The position numbers were made by a program, and so were the translations under genes. A DNA stretch of 63,382 nucleotides, filler included, from Octopus bimaculoides (lineage: Eukaryota), in NCBI RefSeq assembly GCF_001194135.2. It is 8 parts of 8 records of this genome, joined end to end, with 100 filler letters (N's around TTAATTAATTAA, not from the genome) between each part and the next. Parts side by side here need not be neighbours in the genome. Positions count along the whole stretch, not along the records: positions 1 to 6,281 come from NC_068986.1; positions 6,382 to 10,013 come from NW_026343077.1; positions 10,114 to 18,915 come from NC_068983.1; 5 more parts are not named here. One strand, given 5' to 3'. Shown in pieces: positions 1 through 11,690 of this stretch. Under the pieces are notes generated by a model, which saw only the letters and a program-made list of their open reading frames with translations, did not search any database and was not told the DNA's origin. Positions within the stretch are counted from its first letter, which is position 1; every line of letters starts with the position of its first letter.

Positions 1-830
1 ACAGTGAGAGACCTGGGCATCAACATGTGTAGTGATGCATCATTTCACATGCACATTGTCAAGTTGACAGCAAAGTGCAGACAACTGGCAGGGTGGATAC
101 TGAGGACATTCCGTACAAGGGATCAAAAAGTCATGTTGACTCTATGGAAGACATTTGTTCTGAGCCGCCTAGACTATTGCTCTCAGTTGTGGTCACCACA
201 CAGTGTCAAGCGGACAGCAGAACTCGAGGCAATTCAGCGTCACTATACAAAAAAGATCGCCATAGTCCAACAGATGAACTACAGGGAGCGACTGAAGGCA
301 CTAAGTCTCTACTCCCTGGAGCGCAGAGAGATATGTAATAATATACATATGGAAAATACTGGAAGGACCGGTGACAAACTTTGGCATCAAGTACTACAGG
401 AATGCCCGCATGGGTCACCACTGCATGGTGCCAAAGATGCATCTCACATGGTGCCAAAGGTGCATCTCACATAAGAACGAGATACTGCAACAACCTCGGT
501 TTCAGAGGCCCTCAGCTCTTCAATGCCCTGCCAAAACATTTGAGAGACCTGCAAGACATGGATGTGGAGGTCTTCAAGACAAAACTCGATGCTTTCCTCT
601 CCATGATACCAGACGAACCAATGGCTCCAAATGAGACACAGTTTAGGACAGCGATGTCAAATTCTCTTATACACCAGATGTGCCATCAAAACTATTGATT
701 AGACTATATCAGGTGGAGGAGAAGAGCCATGCAAGGAACGTGAAGAGAGCACAGCATAAAAACGGAAAATCACGGTGATGCTCCAGCATGATCACAGCCA
801 CTTGGCTGAAACCCATAAATAAATAAAGGA
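1..830 (+). mobile_element. 3' end of CR1/L2-group LINE (post-RT ORF2 C-terminus, frameshifted, plus 3' UTR)
   Basis: ORFs 4-474 and 381-698 give RDLGI...WILRTFRTRD..MLTLWKTFVLSRLDYCSQLWSP...LEAIQR...YRERLKALSLYSLERR and RGPQLFNALPKHLRD...FKTKLDAFLSMIPDEP, typical CR1-group C-terminal motifs. A 23-bp tandem duplication lies at 424-469. The tail ends in (TAAA)n near 816-827. Confidence 0.85.
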
Positions 831-1156
831 ATATATATATGTATATATATGTATATATATATGTGTGTATATATATATGTGTATATATATATGTGTATAT
901 ATATATATGTGTATATATATATATATATATATGTATATATTTGAAGATAATCAACAAAAATTCAATAGGTTATAGCAGTACATATGTCTCGTACAAGCTC
1001 CATTTATTCATGTAGTGAGAACACCACAGAATGTACAATGAAAATGTACTCCTTAGCTGCATAATGGAATTTAGTTTTAGAAAGACATTTTGAAGATGTT
1101 TGCAAAAATCAAGAGTAAGAGAAGAAAACATACCATCTCGACTATGCTGCTGTCCC

Positions 1157-1256
1157 GAAGCTCCGTTGGTGGGAATTGTGCCATGAATGGAGGAAGGCCC
1201 GTTGGTGGGAATTGTGCCACGAGCGGAGGAAGGCCCGTTGGTGGGAATTGTGCCAC
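1157..1256. repeat. 36-bp tandem repeat, about 3 copies
   Basis: ccgttggtgggaattgtgcca recurs at 1163, 1199 and 1235 (period 36). Confidence 0.9.
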
Positions 1257-1558
1257 TGACAGTAGAAACTGAGGCCTCGACCTATGAGGAGGAGGAATTT
1301 GTAGTCCACTTTCACAAGGGAGGGGTCGTTGAAAATTTTGTTAAAAAGTTTGCAAGGAAGGGTCAGACGAGAGGGATCCTCACCTGTACCAAGGACCCTC
1401 GCTGTCCTCCTCAGGTGACTGCGGTGGTTGTGTGGGAGACAGACTTGTGCAGGGTGATGAACTCCTTCCCCAAAGACACATTCCACTTTTTACTGAAGAT
1501 GCCCGATGAAGAACCAGCGAGGTACTTAAGTGAAGCACGGAGTCTGGTCGGGCGGTAA
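1187..1558 (+). other. Unassigned 123-aa ORF in a GC-richer island
   Basis: Open frame with 12-aa repeats (EEGPLVGIVPRA) and an acidic patch. No family recognised. Confidence 0.2.
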
Positions 1559-1953
1559 AATGTAAGAGGACGAGTGCCTCATATTGAAAGGGCTTGTGGC
1601 CCATAAAAAGAAAAGTGTAAGAGGCAAGTGCTTCATTTCAAAGACATTATAAATTGAAATTGTAAAGTAAGAGGTTTATAGCCTCAAATTGTAAATTTAT
1701 GTATAAATTTATAAAAGAACAATGATTTAGAGAAGCAGAGTTAGGCGGGCGGCTCCTGTCTTCTCCCATTAATACCATATTAATCATCATTCATCTCATC
1801 TTATTAATGTTTTTGTCCAGCCCGTAGCTACTCTCTGTGTACTGCCTTTATGGCAAATTGAAATGAANNNNNNNNNNNNNNNNNNNNNNNNNNNNNNNNN
1901 NNNNNNNNNNNNNNNNNNNNNNNNNNNNNNNNNNNNNNNNNNNNNNNNNNNNN

Positions 1954-2066
1954 TTCCGGGTTTAGTCCCACTGCATGGCACCTTGGGCAAGTGTCTTCTA
2001 CTATAGCCTTGGGCTGACCAGAACCTTGTGAGTGGATTTGGTAGACAGAAACTGAAAGAAGCCATT

Positions 2067-2099
<33 letters not shown>

Positions 2100-2295
2100 T
2101 TGTCCACCCACTATCATTTGACAACCGATGCTGGTGTGTGTATGTCCCTATAACTTAGCGTTTTGGCAAAAGAGACTGATAGAATAAGTACTAGGCTTGC
2201 AAAGAATAAGTCCTGGGGTCAATTTGTTCAACTAAAGGTGGTGCTCCAGCATGGTTGCAGTCAAATGACTGAAACAAGTTAAAGAATAAAAAGAA
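1954..2295 (+). mobile_element. tRNA-derived SINE family A (5' end in gap)
   Basis: Matches the full copies at 2883 and 16034: ccttgggcaagtgtcttctactatagc core, internal (TG)n, tail ggtgctccagcatgg..cagtcaaatgactgaaacaag. Confidence 0.9.
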
Positions 2296-2882
2296 CGTTT
2301 GGATGCCTTTCCTGTTGCCAATCCTCACTTATTTGCAAGTAACATATGTATTATCGCAGCCATTTGAACAACAAACAGTTCAATGACAGGATATGTTTTT
2401 ATGGCTGGTGTAAAATATGGCCCTACCTACACTGTGTGTGTGTGTGATGGACTTTTTACAGTTTCTGCCTACTAATTATGTTCGAAAGTTATTGATCAAC
2501 TTGAGGCTAATGCAGATGAACTTGCACATGGTACCACACCATAGGAATGAACCTGAAAAAAACGACCATACAACCATGCCTGGTTGAAATGGGGTGGGGG
2601 GGTTTACATCAAGTTGGATGGACATCTTGTTATACAGACAGCATGCCATGAAATTTATATTTAAATAGATGATATAGAAAAAAAGCAACAAAAAAATGTA
2701 ACATGTTTCTTTGTGTCGGCAACTGGAAATTTTATTTCTCAGTTTAAAATCTTCACTTTTAAATTGTCATTCTACAAATGCTAAATTACATTCTTGTTTC
2801 AAACTGCTAGGTTGGTTGAATGGACTCTGTTTACAAAATTACACGGGAAGTGATGTCCAACTTTAGCCCCCAAAATACCATA

Positions 2883-3047
2883 GGCGCAGGAGTGGCTGTG
2901 TGGTAAGTAGCTTGCTTACCAACCACATGGTTCTGGGTTCATTCCCACTGCGTGGCACCTTGGGCAAGTGCTTTCTACTATAGCCTTGGGCTGATCAAAG
3001 CCTTGTGAGTGGATTCGGTAGATGGAAACTGAAAGAAGCCCATTGTA

Positions 3048-3091
<44 letters not shown>

Positions 3092-3320
3092 TATACATGT
3101 ATGTGTGTGTATATGTTTGTGTGTCTGTGTTTGTCCCCCCAACTTCGCTTGACAACCAATGCAGGTGTGTTTACGTCCCCGTAACATTAGCGGTTCGGCA
3201 AAAGAGACCGATAGAATAAGTACTAGGCTTACAAAGAATAAGTCCTGGGGTCGATTTGCTCGACTAAAGGCGGTGCCCCAGCATAGCCGCAGTCAAATAA
3301 CTGAAACAAGTAAAAGAGTA
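2883..3320 (+). mobile_element. SINE family A, full length
   Basis: Head ggcgcaggagtggctgtgtggtaag with a degenerate B-box (ggttctgggttcattccc), CORE-like ttgggcaagtg, internal (TA)/(TG) microsatellite, stem-loop tail and taaaagag end. Confidence 0.92.
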
Positions 3321-5523
3321 ATGCATAGAACGAACATGAAATATGCTGTTATCTTGGGTACTTATTGTCTTGAAGTGCATGTGTGTGCTTTTTTTATTTT
3401 ATTAATATTTGGCTTTGGAATTTGTACATTTGTAACATTGTGCTAAAGAGTGTTCGATATTTCAGTCAAAATATACTTCTAGGTCCAAAGAAATGTATAT
3501 TTTAAATGACAACTGATGACTGCTAAAAGTTACATCATAAATATTTATAACAAGCTATTCATTTTCCAAAGACATTTTCACACATGGACACTCACTCAGC
3601 ACCACATTTCTCTTTCAGAAACAAATATTTTTTGTAACTATTGAATTTACTTTTTATGTTAAAAGAATTTTTATAGCAGTCTTCAGGTTACAGGATTAAA
3701 ATAGGTCTCATTTTGATGTTTTTTCTTCTTTCATACTTACTTGCTACATCAGTTTAAGTTGTTGCATGAATTCATTGAAACCACCTATTTTTTCAACTAT
3801 AAGTATTTTCATTTTATTAGTCATAACAGTATGTGTACTTAATGTATTTAGTTTGCTTGGACAAAAATCAGATAAGGGTGTTGAAACAGCATAAGTATTT
3901 CTGGAAAATTGTAGTTTGGAATGTGAGACTAGACTAGACTGTTGTGCCTATTCGCATAGCAGGCAAGAAGTGCTGAAGCGTATCTTTGTGTGTGTGCATT
4001 TTCTTTTTCACTTACTTTTCTTTTTTCATTAAGCAAATGTAAAATACTTTTCTTTCACTTTGATAGAAAAGCCTATCTATTAGAAATACTCCTTTGAGAT
4101 AACTTCAGCTCAGTGTTGCAAACTTATGAAGCATTGGTTGTACAATGCTTCAGTTTCTTACTGCATGCAGTGAACTATGTTACTTCATATAGAAGCTATT
4201 TATAATTGTAGGGGTTTATGATTTGTCTTGTGGTTTGTCAAGGACATCAACTTGGCCTTGTCATTGTTGTGAAGAGTATTCAGTGAAAATAACTGACCAT
4301 TGAGTGTTTAAAATGAACCTACCATTTCTTGTAAGTTTGCTAGAAGGAAACCTAAAAGTGTGATATTCTAATGCTCCAACAAGTCTGATTACATAAAATT
4401 AATATCGAATTTTATTCAGTGTCTTTACTTGATTGATTGCTTAAGTGTCTTATTTCAATAACTCTCTTAAATGTTGAAGCTAGGCAGTTCAGTGATTAGC
4501 TCAGCAAAATAAGATTAGATCTTTGCATAACAACACAATTTCAAACAAATATTGAATGCTTTAAAAAAAAGATACATAGTAGAGGTAGGTCGAGAGGACT
4601 TTGGAAGAAGGAATGTAGGGAGACCTGACAACGTAGGAACTTTCAAAAGACTTGATGCATGGAAAATGTTAGGAATCCTATTTTATTGTAATATATAGTC
4701 TTCTCATTCTCCTATGGATATGCATTCACAAAACATGAAAATTATTAAATAAACTTTCTGTCTCTTTCTATCTTTTTCTGTGTAGGTAACTTGATTTGAT
4801 TTTTTCAGTTAATAAATTAACACTGTCCACTGTTTTTACAACAAGTATAGTCATTATTTCATTTTGATACACAGTTAAACTGTGCGTTTGTGTGTGTGTG
4901 TGTGTGTGTATTACTCTCTATCTCCAAATAAATAAGTAAATAAATGGAAAGATGTGGTAATATCGTAAACTATAAATAGCAATAAGCAAGACCATTCAAC
5001 TTTCATTTCCTTATTTTGTCCCACTTTTGCTTCATGATAACACTACAGTTACTTTTACAGTGAGATTAATTATTTTTCAGTCAGGGCAGATATCTTTCAA
5101 ACAATGGTATAAGCCATTTAATTTCATCTTGATATATAGTTCAGCCTGGACCCCCCCCCAAAAAAAAAAACGTATAACCCACACACAGTGGATGTCTAAT
5201 CAGTATGTAATGTATAGTATGGATGTGTCGGTGCATGCACACACATGTGCACTCTCCCCTTCCACTCCAGGTATATGTTGAGTAATAGATATTGAGGAAC
5301 TCTCAATTTTCGGTTTTCTTACTACTCCTACCCCAGAATATACAAGTTTTTGATTTTTGTTTTTCAGTTGTAATTTTTATTTTTAAAGAAGAATAATCAT
5401 GAGTTTTTATTATGGTTTTGACTAATATGTGTATATGTGTATGTATATATACACGTGTATATGTATGTATGTATATGAACATGTGTGTATGTATATATNN
5501 NNNNNNNNTAAAATGACATAGAT

Positions 5524-5830
5524 TTTTATTGCTTTACTTGTTTCAGTCATGTGACTGCAGTCATGGTGGAGCACCGTTGTTGGTCGAAGAAATCAACCAC
5601 AGAATTTATTCTTTGTAAGCCTAGTACTCATTCTGTCAGAGTCTTTTACCAAACCGCTAAGTTACAGGAATGTAAACACAGCAACATCAGTTGTCAAGGA
5701 ATCGTGGGGGTACAAACACAAGACACAGGCACACACATACACAAATATACACATATATACGACAGTCTTCTTTCAGTTTCCGAGTACGAAATCCACTCAC
5801 ACGATTTTGGTCAGCCTGAAGCTATAGTAA
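5524..5830 (-). mobile_element. SINE family A, 5'-truncated
   Basis: Reverse complement of the tail (tttacttgtttcagtcatgtgactgcag) and of the core (ttctttcagtttccg..aaatccactcac). Confidence 0.85.
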
Positions 5831-5852
5831 GCATATATATATATGTATATAT

Positions 5853-6267
5853 GCTTTCGGTGCGAATGGCTTTATTATACGGTGCCGTATTTTACAATCC
5901 TGTAAGTAATAATGATGGTATTTTTATGTAAGATTAAAGCTTATGCCATTCACCGTGCAATGACTAACGAAAATAGTGTAATAACAGAGCATATAAGTCC
6001 TCGACAGAAAAAAGAAGGCTTTCCCATCTGCGTGGAACGCAAACCTACATCCCTTTGTTAACATGAATAATTGTGGTACCTTCACACACGGATAGGAAAG
6101 CCTTTTTTCTATCGAGTGCTTATATGCCTCGTTATTAGACTATTTTCCTTAGTCATTGCACGGTGAACGCCATAAACTTTAATGTTATATAAAAAGTACC
6201 ATTATTATTATTATTTACATGATTGTAAAATACGGCATCGTATAACAAAACCATTTACATCGAAAGC
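5853..6267. mobile_element. Foldback MITE with about 185-bp inverted arms in (TA)n
   Basis: gctttcggtgcgaatggctttattatacggtgccgtattttacaatc... pairs with ...gattgtaaaatacggcatcgtataacaaaaccatttacatcgaaagc. The inner arms (ttcaccgtgcaatgactaa / ttagtcattgcacggtgaa) also pair. Confidence 0.85.
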
Positions 6268-6546
6268 ACATATATATATATNNNNNNNNNNNNNNNNNNN
6301 NNNNNNNNNNNNNNNNNNNNNNNNNTTAATTAATTAANNNNNNNNNNNNNNNNNNNNNNNNNNNNNNNNNNNNNNNNNNNNAACGTGAAACTCAGAGTAA
6401 CGGTTTTTTTGTTATATTTCTGCTGCTTTTAAATAAAGCATATTACTCTACCTCTGGTATTTGAGTACTCTTTTTTCCACCTTGTTGCACATTTCATGTG
6501 CTTACTCCGGTATATAGATATATAGATAGATAGATAGATAGATATA

Positions 6547-6906
6547 TCATCAGCGTTTAGCATCTGTTTTCCATGCTGGCACAGGTTCGACGGTTCAACT
6601 GGGGGTCTGGGAAGCCAGGAGGCTGCACTAGGCTCCAGTCCGATCTGGTAGTGTTTCTATAGCTGGATGCCCTTCGTAACACCAACCACTCCGTGAGTGT
6701 AGTGGGTGCTTTTTACGTGCCACTGGCACAAGGGCCAGAGGAGGCTGGCAACGGCCATGATCAGTTGGTGCTTTTAATGTGCCACCGGCATGGAAGCCAC
6801 TCAAGGTGGTGCTGGCATCGGCCACGTTTGGATGGTGCTTTTTACATGCCACCGGTACGGAGATCACAACTACAATTTCCATTTGATTTTCATTTTGATG
6901 TTGATG
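6547..6906 (-). mobile_element. RTE-LINE 3' UTR/tail fragment (family B)
   Basis: Homologous to 31980-32334 (ttccatgctggca.., ctggatgcccttc.taa..ccaaccactccg), with a (CAT)n tail. Confidence 0.8.
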
Positions 6907-6908
6907 TA

Positions 6909-7130
6909 CCTGGAGGGAGAGCTGAAAAGTTCCTGGTTTTGGATAAAAGAAAATACAGGAGGATCTGTTAATTATGATTTTGTTCAACGTGCTCCCCTCT
7001 CATATTCACACACTTATTGCAGTAAACCTTCAGTTTTCTAAGCCCTGTACAAGAACTTGGAAGTTTGGGTCTCCAGCCAGGTCTTCTGTAATACCCTTAA
7101 AACCAGGAACTTTTCAACACCCCTCCTGTG
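6909..7130. mobile_element. Mariner-type MITE, about 220 bp, copy 1
   Basis: TIRs ..gagggagagctgaaaagttcctgg / ccaggaacttttcaacacccctc.., TA on both sides. A second copy lies at 30595-30811. Confidence 0.85.
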
Positions 7131-7145
7131 TAATCTCCATCCTTC

Positions 7146-7504
7146 AGGCATTGGTGTAGCTGTGGTAAGAAGCTTGCTTCTCAACCCCATGGTTCTGAGT
7201 TCAGTCCCACTGCATGGCACCTTGGGCAAGTGTCTTCTACTATAACCCCGGGCCAATTAAAGCCTGTGAGTAGATTTGATAGATGGAAACTGAAAGAAGC
7301 ACATCATATATACGTGTGTGGGGGGTGTATTTATCCCCTGCCACTGTTTGATAACCAGTGTTGGTGTGTTTACATCCCTGTAACTTAGCAGTTCAGCAAA
7401 AAACACTAAAATAAGTACTGGGGTGGATTTATTCAACTAAAAACTTCAAGGTGGTGTCCCAGCATGGCCACAATCTAATGGTTGCAACAATTAAAAGACA
7501 AAAG
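7146..7504 (+). mobile_element. SINE family A, diverged full-length copy
   Basis: Head, core and tail align with the 2883-3320 copy. Confidence 0.85.
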
Positions 7505-8074
7505 TTAATGAATTCTATCCATCCGTATGTCTGTCTGTGTATGCCCTCATCTGTCTGTCTGTCTGTCTGTCTATCTACATGTCTGTTTGTCTGTCTGTCT
7601 TATCTATCTATATATCTATCTATCTATCTATCCATCCATCTACCTAGTTGTCTATCAATTTCTCTATCCTTCTTTCATCATATATAGATAGGTGGATAGA
7701 TAGATTATATATATATATATATANNNNNNNNNNNNNNNNNNNNNNNNNNNNNNNNNNNNNNNNNNNNNNNNNNNNNNNNNNNNNNNNNNNNNNNNNNNNN
7801 NNNNNNNNNNNNNNNNNNNNNNNNNNNNNNNNNNNNNNNNNNNNNNNNNNNNNNNNNNNNNNNNNNNNNNNNNNNNNNNNNNNNNNNNNNNNNNNNNNNN
7901 NNNNNNNNNNNNNNNNNNNNNNNNNNNNNNNNNNNNNNNNNNNNNNNNNNNNNNNNNNNNNNNNNNNNNNNNNNNNNNNNNNNNNNNNNNNNNNNNNNNN
8001 NNNNNNNNNNNNNNNNNNNNNNNNNNNNNNNNNNNNNNNNNNNNNNNNNNNNNNNNNNNNNNNNNNNNNNNNNN

Positions 8075-8107
<33 letters not shown>

Positions 8108-8566
8108 TATATATATATAAGGATGAATGGATTGGATAGATAGAGAGAGAGAAAGAGAGAGAGGGAGAGAGAGAAAGAAAGAGAGCAATACATAGATAGA
8201 TAGATAGATAGATAGATATACAGACATACTGACAGACAGACAGACAGATAGATGGATGGATAGACAAATAGACAGACGGATGGATGGATAGATACACAGA
8301 CAGACAGACAGACACCAACAAAACAACAACCGCCATCATCATCATCATCATCATCATCGTCATCACAACACCCACCACATGATGTTGTTACATCTGCTAC
8401 TGCAATACTGCACCGACGACAAGAAGTGCAACAATGCAGAGCCACGCAATGCAACCAGTGATCCACATTCCTTCGCCACATCACATCGCATCGCACTGCT
8501 ACACTGGCTGTCACAGTTGCACCGTCGCAAGTGTGTGAGCGCATGCATGCGTGAGTGCGTGCGTGC

Positions 8567-8602
<36 letters not shown>

Positions 8603-8699
8603 GTGTGTGTGTGTCTGCTGCCGATCGCGGAGAGAGAGAGAGATGGAATGATGCACAAAGGAAGTGCACCAGCTTGACACATGATGGTGATGCTGTACC

Positions 8700-9950
8700 T
8701 CACTGCTACTACTACAGCAGCCTTCCTTCCTCTTACCACCACTTCCAACGCTATTACTACTACTATTCCATGTGCCACTGCCATCACTTCTATTACTACT
8801 ACTACTACTACTACTACTGCTACTACATGTACCACAACCAGCACCACTACAACTACTACTACTATTACTACCACATGTACCACAACCAGCACCTCCACAA
8901 CTACTACTACTATTACTACCACATGTACCACAACCAGCACCTTCACAACTACTACTACCACCACATGTACCACAACCAGCACCACCACAACTACTACTAC
9001 TACTACCACATGTACCACCACAACTACTACTACTATTACTACCACATGTACCACAACCAGCACCACCACAACTACTACCACTATCACATGTACCACAACC
9101 AGCACCACCACAACTACTAGCACATGTACTACAACCAGCATCACAACTACTACTACNNNNNNNNNNNNNNNNNNNNNNNNNNNNNNNNNNNNNNNNNNNN
9201 NNNNNNNNNNNNNNNNNNNNNNNNNNNNNNNNNNNNNNNNNNNNNNNNNNNNNNNNNNNNNNNNNNNNNNNNNNNNNNNNNNNNNNNNNNNNNNNNNNNN
9301 NNNNNNNNNNNNNNNNNNNNNNNNNNNNNNNNNNNNNNNNNNNNCACCACTACTACTCTTCCATATATCACCAACACTACTATGACTACTACTACTACTA
9401 CAAGTACCACCACCACCACTATTACTGCTGCTACTATTCCATATACCACCACCACCACTTTGACCACTACTACTACTACTACTACTACTTCATGTACTGC
9501 CAACACTATCACTACTATGATTACCACCACCACCACCACCACCACCACCACTACTGCTTCTCTGACACCATCACAACTACAACCATTGCTACTACTACTG
9601 CTACTATTTACCACCAGTACTACCGTTGCCACGAGCACCTGCTACTACAAGAATAACAACTACAACACTACTACTACTGATATTATACTTCTACTACTAC
9701 CACCACTACAACGACAATGGTCATATTGACCACCACCAACACCAACACTACTATTACTACTACTATTGCTACTATACTATCATAACGGCAGCTCACACCC
9801 ACATTGCTACTGCTACGGCTGCCTCCCACATGTCCACTTCAGCCGAATCTACAGCTACTGCTGTTCCTCTGTTCACCACTGCCGCCACCACTGCTACCAC
9901 ATCCTGCGCCGCCACCAGAATTGCCATGCTGAAGTACTATGTGACTTACA
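8700..9950 (+). repeat. ACN-rich minisatellite / low-complexity tract (Thr-rich frame, possibly mucin-like)
   Basis: 8 units containing catgtac(c)acaaccagcacc, Cys codons spaced 48,48,42,45,36,42,36 nt apart. The 8681 frame reads (TTCTTTSTTTTTTTI)n. A gap interrupts 9157-9344. Confidence 0.8.
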
Positions 9951-9972
9951 TATCGTCAATGTGGGTTTCTGG

Positions 9973-10013
<41 letters not shown>

Positions 10014-10113
10014 NNNNNNNNNNNNNNNNNNNNNNNNNNNNNNNNNNNNNNNNNNNNTTAATTAATTAANNNNNNNNNNNNNNNNNNNNNNNNNNNNNNN
10101 NNNNNNNNNNNNN

Positions 10114-10204
10114 CTTCTTCTTCTTATTCTTCTTCTTCTTCTTCTTCTTCTTCTTCTTCTTCTTCTTCTTCTTCTTCTTCTACCACCACCACTACTACTA
10201 CTAG

Positions 10205-10260
<56 letters not shown>

Positions 10261-10290
10261 ATACTACTAATAATAATAGTACAATTTCTA
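10114..10290. repeat. (CTT)n and (ACT)n microsatellites
   Basis: Visible directly. Confidence 0.95.
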
Positions 10291-11690
10291 CTACGACTAC
10301 TATTTTCTCTTTTTTCTCTTCTGCATTATCATCTTTTTCATCCTCATCATTCCCTTCCACTTTCTTTTCTAACTCTCCTTCTGCATCTCCTCCTTCTTAT
10401 TCCCCCCCTCTTCGTCTTCATTTTCTTCTTTCTCTTCTTCTGCATCCTCCTTTTCTTCCTCTTCTGCATCTTCGTCTCTTCCTTTCTACTGTTGCTACTG
10501 GTATCATTTCTATTAGTCACATATCAAAGGTTAGTTTTATTAAATCTCCCTTTTATTGTTAATTTTTAAATTGAGAACAGGAGAGAAAACAAATCCCTTC
10601 AAACCCCACTATCAAATTATTTCATAAACTTGATTACATGTTATTTCTTTTTCCCTTCGTTTTTCCTTCTTCGTCTTTAATTCCTTGAACAATTATAACT
10701 TTAAATCCCACCTGATTTATCACAGGTTTCATTTGTCAGCAAATGGAAAATACTTTCCAAACATGCGGACTTCATGGTCACAAAAGACTTCACGCTTACA
10801 TAGTAAACAGTAGCAGAACATAATTTGATGTCTGTGAGTTCATTCTCACTGTTAGAAATAGCGAGTTGCTTCTCTATTAATCATAATAAATCCGCTTAAA
10901 ATAGGACTCTTGAAAATGTTGCAACATATAAAATAGCAAGTGACGCGAAATGGCCAAACGTGACATGACTCTCATCCAATATCTGTCCAGGTAGTAGTGG
11001 CCCAATGTTGACGAAATAATCTAACTAATGCAACGTTAGGAAAAACTATTGAAAATCACAATTTTCGTCAGGCAATTTTAAATGTCAATAAAAACTAATC
11101 TAATCTAGACGGGTCTGTTGATCATCAAACGTTTTCCCAAGAATGACGATACTTTGTGGCTTTCATTTCCTGTTCGCATGTTCATTTCTGACCATTGTAT
11201 TTTTCACCGTCGTTCATCAGTTTACAATATTCTGAATATTCATCATATTCTATTTATGATTTCACTTCTATTCGGGAAAATTTTGCTGTCCATATCTGTG
11301 CATTATTTTCTTTATAGTTTCTTTCAATGACCCTTTTACTGATTCATACGGCTGCTCTCAATTTATTCATTGGTTTTTATGTTGTACGCTCACGTCACCT
11401 ACCGCTCGCCATATTTCAAGAGTAAAATGATTTTAAAGTTTAAACGCGGTTCAAACTTCACATCTGATAATAATTAACACTAATGTTCAGGTGTTAAAGA
11501 TAAAGGATAATAGAATCATAAACATGGTCAAGAGATAAAATCAACCACGACCACTAATGTATCATGAAACTCTCTTACCCAACAACCACAAGTATATNNN
11601 NNNNNNNNNNNNNNNNNNNNNNNNNNNNNNNNNNNNNNNNNNNNNNNNNNNNNNNNNNNNNNNNNNNNNNNNNNATATATACATATATAT

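Noticed and set aside
1157-1256. 36-bp repeats resembling a CRISPR array
   Set aside because: The units are contiguous with no unique spacers, there are no cas genes, and the context is eukaryotic.
5027-5345. Candidate exon around cttccactccAG/GTATAT
   Set aside because: Splice-like signals are ambiguous in role and strand, and the translations are uninformative.
11195-11225. Minus-strand CUGAUGA-acgacggu-GAAA
   Set aside because: Stems I and III cannot be formed. Likely chance.
10690-11560. Possible decayed hAT-like coding remnant
   Set aside because: There is only a vague motif resemblance, with no TIRs or convincing catalytic residues.
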